Shown here piece after piece: positions 51,071 to 59,590 of a DNA stretch of 64,000 nt (position 1 is the stretch's first letter; each line of letters begins with the position of its first letter). The position numbers were made by a program, and so were the translations under genes. The stretch is taken from assembly GCA_963663475.2 (NCBI GenBank), contig CAXXJV010000001.1, positions 2,016,001 through 2,080,000 of the forward strand, written 5' to 3'. Below the pieces are notes generated by a model. It did not search any database. It had not been told where the DNA came from and worked only from the letters and a program-made list of their open reading frames with translations. The stretch is from Candidatus Cloacimonadales bacterium. Lineage in GTDB: Bacteria > Cloacimonadota > Cloacimonadia > Cloacimonadales > JAFGVF01.

Positions 51071-54000
51071 ATGAAAGAACTTTCGACTGGAAATAAGAAA
51101 AACGAACTAGTAGATATGCTGACAAGGTATTATGTTCATATTATCAGGTCAGATACCCAGATTAAGAAGAATGAAATAGATATTTTATATCCTTTGCTAT
51201 TGAACCTTTTCAAAGATCTACCTATTTCTTGGGAGGTTTATGTAAAAGAGATAATGAATGAGGATTATGATTTAGGTAAGGTAATAAGCTTTCTCAACCA
51301 TAATTTAAATCAATTAGATAAGATCAGGGTTATTTTAACTTTAATTATTATGGCCTTTTCTGATAGTGATTTTGAGATTTATGAAATATCATCTATTCAA
51401 TCAATGATGAAATTCTTCAAGATTGAAGGTTCTGGTTTTATGGATTTGATGAGAAATCTGGAACTAAGAACAACAGCTCCATTGCGAATTACAGATATAT
51501 CTTCTATTTTCCAGTTTGAAAATTCACTTTTTACTGATTATCTTGTGATTGGCAAGTCTCAACGTTGTAATATGCGATTTAAGGATCAGAATATTGCAAA
51601 TATAGAACTAGTTCTTTTTGGAATAGATAACAATTATTTTCTACTAACTGGGCAGAAACCAAGTGTTAAGTTAAGCGGTAATGAATTAAGAGCCAATCAT
51701 ATATATTATGTGCCAGCTGAAAGCACTCTAGAGGTTCAAAAGTTAAAGTTTAATACAGCATTTGTTAAGAAATTGATGCAGAATATAGATAATAGTGATG
51801 TGATTAACTTCACAAAAGCTGATTATGATTTTAAAATAACATGTGACCATAACAAATTTTACTTAAATGTAAGAAGGGGTTATCTTTACAGGAATGGAAA
51901 ATCTATATCCTATAATCGAGATGTCCAAATATTTTGGGATGATAAGTTAAGAATCAAAGGCTATGCAGCCTTTTCCCTGATAGATGTTTTAGATGAAAAA
52001 GAGAGAATAGGAATAGATGATATTGTACCTGACGTAATTTATCTGAATTTAGATAATGGATTTTACAGCTTAGTTAAGCACCCTAGCGATAAGGCGATAG
52101 CTCAAATTGAGAATCGGGAAAAGGGTTATCACTTTATCCCCTTGAAGAAGAACTTAAACTTTCTTATTAATGGAGAGATTCTTGTAGGTGAGAAGATTAT
52201 TCATCTGAATGAAGATATTATTACGATAGAGGATGCTAAGGGAAGTCATTTGAGTCTGGATAAGCTTTCTAAGACAAAGGATAAGAAACTTGGACGTCAT
52301 CTGAGAAATAAAGTAAAACATCAATTTAGGAATAGTAAAAACTTTAATTTTAGAATTAATAATTTCTTTGATTTAGTAGAGGTTCCTTTTGAAATTAATA
52401 ATCTTGAGATAACGGCTGTTAAACATTTCCATAATGATAACACAATAGGACTTGATAATATTTCCTTTAATGCTAAGAGGGGCGAGCTAATTGGTATTTT
52501 AGGTCCTTCTGGTTGTGGTAAATCAACCCTTTTGAAGGCGATAGTAGCAGAATTTCAACCTTCTCATGGAAAAATTGAAGTAGATGGGAAATTGTTGTTT
52601 AAGCACAGGTCAGAGTTAATGCAGTATTTTGGTTATGTTCCCCAGGAAGATATGATTTTTGCCAACTTAACAGTTTTTGAGAATATGTATTTTTATGGTC
52701 GTTTAAGGATGCCTAATGTTCCTCAGAATCAGTTAATACTAAAAATAGATAATATCCTTAATCAGGTTACTTTAGCTCATAAACGCAACACGTTAGTGGG
52801 TGATGATTCTAATAAGATTTTAAGTGGTGGCCAGAGGAAGAGGTTAAATATTGCTTTAGAACTACTTTTTGAGCCTATTGTTTTGGTCTGTGATGAACCA
52901 ACTTCAGGTTTATCATCTTTTGATGCAGAGCAGATTATTGAACTTCTTCATGAGCAGAGAAGGCAAAATAGAATAGTTATTATAACTGTACATCAGCCAA
53001 ATGCTTATATCTTTAAAAAGTTTTCCAAAGTATTATTGATGGATAATGGGGGAAAGGAAGTTTATTTTGGGTCACCTACCCAGGCTTTCTCTTATTTTCA
53101 AGAAGAGGTTGATATAATCAAGTTTCGTAAAACATTGCTTGAGCAAAAGGTTAAGGATGCTAATCCAGACTTCTTTTATGATATAATTCTCTTTCCAGAA
53201 TATGATACTAGAGGAAATATAAAATTTGAACAGATAAATCAACAGGTAGTAACTAAACGTAAGTTTTCTTCTGAGTACTGGCGTGATAAGTATAAACGGA
53301 AGATTTTATTTCAATTAATTACAAAAGAGGATAGTTTAGAAGACTTACAGATTGACAAGAAAAAAATTAAGTATAGGAAGAAGTTAACCTTTTATGCAAG
53401 ATTTGTTCAGTTTACTACTTACTTACACAGGAATTTAGTAAATAAACTTAGAAACAAAACTAATTTACTGATAACTTTTTTAGAAGCTCCTCTGCTTGCC
53501 CTTATTGTTGCTTATATTTTAAGGTTAGCTCCAACAAGCGAGACTTATTCTTTCTATGAAAATACTAATATTACTCTTTATCTTTTCGTGAGTATAATCA
53601 TTTTCATTTTCTTTGGTATGACTAATAGTATCCATGAAGTTCTAGAGGAAAGAAAGTTCATCCTAAGGGAGAAGGTCAGGAATCTGAAGATTTCTCATTA
53701 CCAAATATCAAAATTTATGGTATTAAGTATCTTTACCTTAGTACAAGCCCTCTTGTTTCACTTTATATCTGCAACAGTTTTAGATATTAAGGGTTTTTTC
53801 ATTTTAAATGTGGTTTATTTCACACTTTCAGGTTTGATAGGTCTTTCTATCGGACTCTTATTTTCCACCTTCATCAATGACACTAAGGGAATAATTAATA
53901 TTTTACCATTGATTTTAATCCCCCAGATTATTTTTGGAGGAGCCGTTATCCAATTTGACAAGATGAATAGGAACCTAACGATATTGAAACAAAATCCTAT

Positions 54001-54418
54001 CCCTGAGGTAGTTCAAACAATACCTTCCCGCTGGTTATTTGAGGGTTTAGTGACAGGTTATTCTACTGAAAGTGTAAATAATAAAGAATTAAAGAAAATT
54101 GATAAAAAGATGTTGACACTTGAGAAAACTTCTGATTTAAGTAAAACTGCCTTAAGAGATGAAAAGTATGAACTCTGGGAAGAAGTCAACATCAGATATC
54201 CTAAGAGTAAGTTTACCAATAAAGATATTAGCCTAATTGTCGATATGATGTATGGGCGATTCTTGAATCAGAAGAAAAATATTTTCATTTCTCCCTATAA
54301 GAAATTTGGGGGTTTAGAAGTAAAAACAGTTTCAATAAATATTGTGATTGTTTTGCTTTATATCATGATTATTAATCTTCTGATTGGTATTAGATTAAAA
54401 TATTATTATAATGATTAA
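51071..54418 (+). CDS. TerB-like/FHA-like domains fused to an ABCG-type (NBD-then-TMD) transporter
   Basis: N-terminal SD..I...E and AFSDSDFEIYE TerB-like motifs, beta-rich middle region, GPSGCGKST, LSGGQRKR, DEPTSGL, TVHQP, C-terminal ABC2 TMD (ILIPQIIFGG). Confidence 0.85.
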   Translation: MKELSTGNKKNELVDMLTRYYVHIIRSDTQIKKNEIDILYPLLLNLFKDLPISWEVYVKEIMNEDYDLGKVISFLNHNLNQLDKIRVILTLIIMAFSDSDFEIYEISSIQSMMKFFKIEGSGFMDLMRNLELRTTAPLRITDISSIFQFENSLFTDYLVIGKSQRCNMRFKDQNIANIELVLFGIDNNYFLLTGQKPSVKLSGNELRANHIYYVPAESTLEVQKLKFNTAFVKKLMQNIDNSDVINFTKADYDFKITCDHNKFYLNVRRGYLYRNGKSISYNRDVQIFWDDKLRIKGYAAFSLIDVLDEKERIGIDDIVPDVIYLNLDNGFYSLVKHPSDKAIAQIENREKGYHFIPLKKNLNFLINGEILVGEKIIHLNEDIITIEDAKGSHLSLDKLSKTKDKKLGRHLRNKVKHQFRNSKNFNFRINNFFDLVEVPFEINNLEITAVKHFHNDNTIGLDNISFNAKRGELIGILGPSGCGKSTLLKAIVAEFQPSHGKIEVDGKLLFKHRSELMQYFGYVPQEDMIFANLTVFENMYFYGRLRMPNVPQNQLILKIDNILNQVTLAHKRNTLVGDDSNKILSGGQRKRLNIALELLFEPIVLVCDEPTSGLSSFDAEQIIELLHEQRRQNRIVIITVHQPNAYIFKKFSKVLLMDNGGKEVYFGSPTQAFSYFQEEVDIIKFRKTLLEQKVKDANPDFFYDIILFPEYDTRGNIKFEQINQQVVTKRKFSSEYWRDKYKRKILFQLITKEDSLEDLQIDKKKIKYRKKLTFYARFVQFTTYLHRNLVNKLRNKTNLLITFLEAPLLALIVAYILRLAPTSETYSFYENTNITLYLFVSIIIFIFFGMTNSIHEVLEERKFILREKVRNLKISHYQISKFMVLSIFTLVQALLFHFISATVLDIKGFFILNVVYFTLSGLIGLSIGLLFSTFINDTKGIINILPLILIPQIIFGGAVIQFDKMNRNLTILKQNPIPEVVQTIPSRWLFEGLVTGYSTESVNNKELKKIDKKMLTLEKTSDLSKTALRDEKYELWEEVNIRYPKSKFTNKDISLIVDMMYGRFLNQKKNIFISPYKKFGGLEVKTVSINIVIVLLYIMIINLLIGIRLKYYYND

Positions 54419-54443
54419 AAGAGATATAAAAAAAGGAGATATT

Positions 54444-55265
54444 ATGCGAAGATCAATATCAGCGATTTTAGTATTAATTGTTTTATTTGCCTTTATTGGC
54501 TGTGGTGAAAAGAGCAAGAGTGATGAGGCAGTGACAGATCAAGTCAAAACTGAAAGTATGGATTTCCAAATTAGAATGGATCCTTTACCTTTCAAAAATG
54601 TACTTGAGAGTCTTAGATCTGTATCTAAAGAATTAGCTCAACAAACACCAACTGAAGCTTATAAGGTTAGTGAGAATGTTTATGAACAATCATTTGCTAT
54701 AGGTGTAATAAGTGCTGATGCTGTAATGGCAATTAGTTCAAGAGATGAATCAAAACTAAAAGCTTATACAGAACTATTAATTGAATACTCAAAAAACATT
54801 GGCTTAAAAGATGAAATTTTAAAAATGGCAGATGAAATTCAATATGTCTTAGGAAATAATGATGCCAATAAATGGGAATATTTAGAAAAGTTAATTTATG
54901 AGTACCAGACTCAAGTTGAACTCGCTTTCTATCAAGAAGAAATGCTTGATCAATACACTTTAATGCAACTTGGTGGTTGGTCTGAAGGACTTTATAGAAT
55001 TACTAATCTTTATCTTAACAATTGGGATCAAGAAGGTGCTAAAACAATTAATCAAAGAGGTATTGTTAATGCATTAATCAATAACTTAGACTTAATCCAA
55101 TCTTCTAAGATTAAAGAAGCTGATTATTATAGAATTTCTAAAGAAGGCTTTGCTATGATTAAGAAAATTATCTATAGTATTCAAGAAGATTCTTACTATA
55201 CAAAAGATGATATCAAGAAGATTAACGAAATCTCTGCTAAGATTGTTAACTCAGTTAGAAAGTAG
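54444..55265 (+). CDS. Hypothetical alpha-helical lipoprotein
   Basis: RBS AGGAG, MRR followed by a hydrophobic stretch and FIGC lipobox; motifs IGVISAD and LGGWSEGLY. Confidence 0.8.
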   Translation: MRRSISAILVLIVLFAFIGCGEKSKSDEAVTDQVKTESMDFQIRMDPLPFKNVLESLRSVSKELAQQTPTEAYKVSENVYEQSFAIGVISADAVMAISSRDESKLKAYTELLIEYSKNIGLKDEILKMADEIQYVLGNNDANKWEYLEKLIYEYQTQVELAFYQEEMLDQYTLMQLGGWSEGLYRITNLYLNNWDQEGAKTINQRGIVNALINNLDLIQSSKIKEADYYRISKEGFAMIKKIIYSIQEDSYYTKDDIKKINEISAKIVNSVRK

Positions 55266-55283
55266 AAATAATAGTTTAAAATT

Positions 55284-55313
55284 AAAACCCCTCGCTTTGA
55301 GGGGTTTTTGTTT
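55284..55313 (+). terminator. Intrinsic terminator
   Basis: AAAACCCCTC-GCTTT-GAGGGGTTTTTG. Confidence 0.85.
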
Positions 55314-55344
55314 GCCATAATTTCCCCTATTCATCCCTTACCCT

Positions 55345-55397
55345 TCCTTTACGGTCTTTCGATGAAAAGCGGACTTTCATCGAAAGACCGTAAAGGA
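55345..55397. repeat. Long palindrome, REP-like family copy 3 (loop AGCGGAC)
   Basis: 23-bp perfect stem carrying a compensatory A>G / T>C pair relative to copies 1 and 2. Confidence 0.95.
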
Positions 55398-55415
55398 TGC
55401 TATAAGGGAGGAAAG

Positions 55416-55445
55416 AAAAACAGGCCTTACTGGGAGTAAGGCCTG
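55416..55445 (-). terminator. glmM terminator
   Basis: CAGGCCTTACT-CCC-AGTAAGGCCTG followed by TTTTT on the minus strand. Confidence 0.8.
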
Positions 55446-55530
55446 AAGGATATTAAATGAAAAAAAAATAATATGATATTATTTAATCACTTTTTACATA
55501 TTATTTGTATTTAACTTTTGTCAAGCAGAA

Positions 55531-56877
55531 TTATACATTTGTTATTTTAGCAATTGCATCTTCGGCAATTTCTTTAGATCTAGCTAAAGATGGAGATTCT
55601 ACATAAACACGAATAATTGGTTCAGTACCAGATTTTCTGATGTGAATCCAGAAGTCTTGGCCAATAATTTTAAGTCCATCTTGCAGGTCTTTTTCATAAT
55701 CATTATAGACTTCATGAGCTTTAGCAATGATTGGGTCTAAAAGTTCAGCTTTAGTCTCAATTTTAGCTTTATGGAAGTAGTAGTGAGGTATATCAGCAAC
55801 AATTTCAGAAAGAGGTCTATTTTCTCTAGTTAAGAGCCCTAAGATAATTGCCATACCTGCTGGAGCATCACGAGTGTAGTGAACTTCAGGAACGATAATA
55901 CCACCGTTACCTTCGCCTCCAATAGGTGCTTGGATTTCTTTCATTTTCTTGCCAACATTGATTTCTCCAACTTTGGTCCTATGGACAGCTACGCCATATT
56001 TTTTAGCAATATCATCACTTGCCATAGATGAAGAAAGGTTTAATACTACATCCCCTTTTTTGATAGGGAGGATAAATTCTTCAGCTAGTAAGAGTGAGAA
56101 TTCTTCTCCTATATAATCGCCATTATTATCTACGATAGCTAAGCGGTCCACATCTGGGTCAGTGGCAAAACCAATATCAGCTTTATGTTTTTTTACAACT
56201 TGGCAAAGCTCTGTAAGATTCTCTTTGAGTGGTTCAGCTACGTGGGCAAAATGACCATTTGCCTCACTATTTATTTCAATTACATGGCAACCAAGAGCTT
56301 TTAGAAGTTTAGGAGAGATAAGTCCTCCAGCTCCATTAACAGAGTCTAAAACAACTTTAAATTTCTTACTACGGATTTTTTCTACATCTAAATAGGGTAT
56401 ATTGAGAATTTTATATAAATGTCTATCGGTACCATGATTATCTTCTTGGTAAGTACCCATTTTATCCCAAGATGCATATTTAACTTTTTTGTCTAAGCAG
56501 GCTTTGTAAGCTTCAGCTCTTTCAGGGAAGAAGAACATACCATTCTTATCAACTAATTTGAAAGCATTCCAATTTTGAGGGTTGTGGGAAGCTGTTATGG
56601 CAAGTCCACCCATAGCATCAGATTCTTCAACAGCCAGCAAGACAGTAGGTGTTGCCACAATACCAAGATTTACAACATCACAGCCAACAGATAGCAAGCC
56701 AGATACTATAGCATGCATGAGGGCTTGACCAGTGGTACGTGAATCTCTTCCGATAATAATTTTACCTCTACCGCAGATTATACCAAAATGGGCAGCAAAT
56801 TTAACAGCTAGGTCTGGAGTTAAAGATTCTCCGTATATTCCTCTAATACCTGAAACACTTATCATCAACTTACTCAT
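55531..56877 (-). CDS. glmM: Phosphoglucosamine mutase / phosphohexomutase
   Basis: SVSGIRG, ITASHNP, DPDVDR, GGEGNGG, RKSGTEP. Start 56877 follows AGGAG. Confidence 0.85.
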   Translation of the reverse strand: MSKLMISVSGIRGIYGESLTPDLAVKFAAHFGIICGRGKIIIGRDSRTTGQALMHAIVSGLLSVGCDVVNLGIVATPTVLLAVEESDAMGGLAITASHNPQNWNAFKLVDKNGMFFFPERAEAYKACLDKKVKYASWDKMGTYQEDNHGTDRHLYKILNIPYLDVEKIRSKKFKVVLDSVNGAGGLISPKLLKALGCHVIEINSEANGHFAHVAEPLKENLTELCQVVKKHKADIGFATDPDVDRLAIVDNNGDYIGEEFSLLLAEEFILPIKKGDVVLNLSSSMASDDIAKKYGVAVHRTKVGEINVGKKMKEIQAPIGGEGNGGIIVPEVHYTRDAPAGMAIILGLLTRENRPLSEIVADIPHYYFHKAKIETKAELLDPIIAKAHEVYNDYEKDLQDGLKIIGQDFWIHIRKSGTEPIIRVYVESPSLARSKEIAEDAIAKITNV

Positions 56878-56898
56878 AAATAATTCTCCTTTATATAT

Positions 56899-56924
56899 AA
56901 AAAAAGCCGATGTTTCCATCGGCT
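56899..56924 (-). terminator. Intrinsic terminator between the ppiD-like gene and glmM
   Basis: AGCCGATG-GAAA-CATCGGCT followed by a T-run on the minus strand. Confidence 0.8.
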
Positions 56925-56930
56925 GATTGT

Positions 56931-59234
56931 TTATTGAATCGCCATAAATCGTTTATCTGTGATTCTGGCTTCTTTTAATTTTTCTGCATACCATTTATTA
57001 AATTCAGTTTCTTTCTCTCTGTTGACTTTTGCTTCATAATCAGCTTCTTTAGTAGCATTGAATTTTTCCATATCAGCTTCAACACTGTCAATAACTTTAA
57101 GGATAAAGTTGCCTTCATCAGTAAAGTTTATTTCGGTTAATTGATTCATAGGAGCATTGAAGAGAATTTCAACAGCTTTTTCAGAATTACTTATTGGTGC
57201 TAAGTACTTTGAATTTTTGTTAATATTTCTTGCTTCATTAACAGCCATTTTGATATCAGCTACAATGTCATTTCCATCATTACTAAGGGTAACAAGATAG
57301 TAAGAACCAGCAGCTCTAACTAATCTTAGACCATCTAAAGATGATTTTTTAGCTGCATTATAATCAGCTTTTAACATGTCAGTATTAACTTCATCTTTTG
57401 GTAAGCTTGTATTAGGAATTTCATTGAACTTGATTTTAACTCTAACAGTATCTAAAGTTGATTTTACTAAAAGAGAATCAGTAATGAGATCTTGATAATC
57501 AGCAACTTTGTAGTTATTATTGAACTGGTCTAACATTGCATTAGCATATTCAATTTTCTTTTCTGATTCAAGTTTAGTACGGATAGTCTTTTTCAAGTCA
57601 TCGTTTAATTCTTTATAATCATCTTTCTTTTTATCATCAATCATTACAACAACATAGTTACCTTCCTTATCTCTGAAGATAGGGGAGATATGGTGTTTTC
57701 TAGAATTTTTAATAAATGATAAGTAACCATAGTTATAGTAAGAATTAGACATGTAAGCTACTTTATGATAAGCTTCTTGACCACTATTTTTGAAATCAGA
57801 AGCATCAGTAGATAACCAAGGAGATTGGATAATCCCAGCCTTATATTCTTGAGCTAAATCAGCAAAGTTACTGGCATCAGCTGCTTCAACAAAAGCTTGG
57901 CTATTAGATCTAATTTGTGATTTAGTAGATTCGCTTAATTCGATTTTTACTAAGATGTGACGAGCTTTAACTTGTTTTTCACCATCTTCTGTTTTAATAT
58001 CATCAAGTTTGATGATATGATAACCGAATTGAGTTTCGAAAGGTTCTGAGATATCGCCTTTCTCCATAGAGAAAGCAACAGAATCAAACTCAGTAACCAT
58101 TCTTCCTCTAGCAAACCAACCTAAGTCTCCACCGCGACTTGCAGTTCCTGGATCATCTGATTCATTTCTGGCTATACTAGCAAATGTTTGTGGTTTTTCT
58201 TTAACTTGGTCATAAAGAGATGAGATTTTTTCATAAGCTAAGGCTTTATCTTCATCACTTTCTTTAATTTCAAATTTTGCTAAGGTAAGTTTAACAGCAG
58301 CATCAAGCTTATAATCTTCTTTGTTATCTTGATAATATTTTTCAATATCAGATTGTGTTACAGCAGTTGAATCAACTTTAAATCTGTAAGAAGGGAAGGC
58401 TAAAACTTTAGCAGATCTTTTTGTATTGTTTTTAACATACTCTTCTTCAAATTCTTCCATTGTGGAAATAGAATCAGCTGTTACTTTATCTTGTAATTTT
58501 TGAATTTTAATTTGATAATTAACATTCTCTTTAAATTGGTTAGGAGTCAAACCAGTTTGCTGAAAATACATATTAAGCATATTGTCATTAAGATTGCCAT
58601 TTTCATCATATAAGAAAGAGTAGTTTTCAGTAACGAAATCATTATACTCTTTTTTAGAAACTTTAATTCTATGACTATCTAACTCTTCTCTAATAATCTC
58701 TTGACCAATATAATCAGCCCAAGTTCTATCTTCTAACTGCAATCTTTCTTGATCACTTATTGAACCATTATTCTTATATTGATTATAGTCAATATTGTAA
58801 GGCTTTAAACTCTCTTTTAACTGAGAAATTTGATTGTTTAATTGTTCAATCATTTGATCGTTGGAAGCTACATTGTCTTCTAAAGATTGGATTTCAAGAT
58901 TTAATTCTTCTGTTCTAAGTGAATCATCTGTAACTTTATCAAGCTGGAAGTTTAATCTTCTGATTTCAGAATTAATTTCCCTCTTTTCTTCATTCAGCAT
59001 GCTAACTCTATTTTCACTAGCATTAATGTTACTTAACATTTGTTGAATGTTGTTAAAACTACTGCGAAGGCTATTATTATAGGCTTCTAATTCGACTTCT
59101 GAACCATTAATTTCTCCGTATGTAGGTTTTGGCATAAATAGGCTTCTTAAACCTAAAGGTGCCATACCTAACACAAATACAATAGCGACGACATAAATAA
59201 TAATTTTCTGTTTTTCTCTAATTTGTTCAAGCAT
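56931..59234 (-). CDS. PpiD/SurA-like membrane-anchored parvulin chaperone
   Basis: N-terminal TM anchor, SDDPGTASRGGDLGWF, PFETQFGYHIIK, VKARHILVK. Start 59234 follows AGGAG. Confidence 0.88.
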   Translation of the reverse strand: MLEQIREKQKIIIYVVAIVFVLGMAPLGLRSLFMPKPTYGEINGSEVELEAYNNSLRSSFNNIQQMLSNINASENRVSMLNEEKREINSEIRRLNFQLDKVTDDSLRTEELNLEIQSLEDNVASNDQMIEQLNNQISQLKESLKPYNIDYNQYKNNGSISDQERLQLEDRTWADYIGQEIIREELDSHRIKVSKKEYNDFVTENYSFLYDENGNLNDNMLNMYFQQTGLTPNQFKENVNYQIKIQKLQDKVTADSISTMEEFEEEYVKNNTKRSAKVLAFPSYRFKVDSTAVTQSDIEKYYQDNKEDYKLDAAVKLTLAKFEIKESDEDKALAYEKISSLYDQVKEKPQTFASIARNESDDPGTASRGGDLGWFARGRMVTEFDSVAFSMEKGDISEPFETQFGYHIIKLDDIKTEDGEKQVKARHILVKIELSESTKSQIRSNSQAFVEAADASNFADLAQEYKAGIIQSPWLSTDASDFKNSGQEAYHKVAYMSNSYYNYGYLSFIKNSRKHHISPIFRDKEGNYVVVMIDDKKKDDYKELNDDLKKTIRTKLESEKKIEYANAMLDQFNNNYKVADYQDLITDSLLVKSTLDTVRVKIKFNEIPNTSLPKDEVNTDMLKADYNAAKKSSLDGLRLVRAAGSYYLVTLSNDGNDIVADIKMAVNEARNINKNSKYLAPISNSEKAVEILFNAPMNQLTEINFTDEGNFILKVIDSVEADMEKFNATKEADYEAKVNREKETEFNKWYAEKLKEARITDKRFMAIQ

Positions 59235-59590
59235 TGCGACTCCTTTCATGCTTAATATTTAATATTAATCATAATTAATCCAAATTCTCAAATCTTTACA
59301 TTTTGTTCAAGATATTTTTTTAAAAATTATTTTAGACAGTATTTAACATACTGCTATAAAATAAGATAAATATATATATTATTCATCATAATATAAGGAA
59401 AATGTTTTCATTTGGTAAATTAATTATAATTTTATTCTTAATTATGACATAGTTATTGTTGGGACTAAGTGAGGAATATGATCATTTTTATTGAGTGAGT
59501 TGCCAGCAATAGAGAGGAGATTTATTTTTTTTATTGCCAAATAGACAGTAAAAAATATTATTGATGCACTAAATATTTGGAGTTAATATT

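Noticed and set aside
12865-59046. Short ORFs nested in or antisense to long genes (e.g. 12865, 15841, 27817, 29192, 30396, 32185, 34795, 35256, 36284, 36509, 36844, 42051, 45348, 49943, 50913, 56732, 58861)
   Set aside because: Shadow frames of well-supported CDSs with no motifs of their own.
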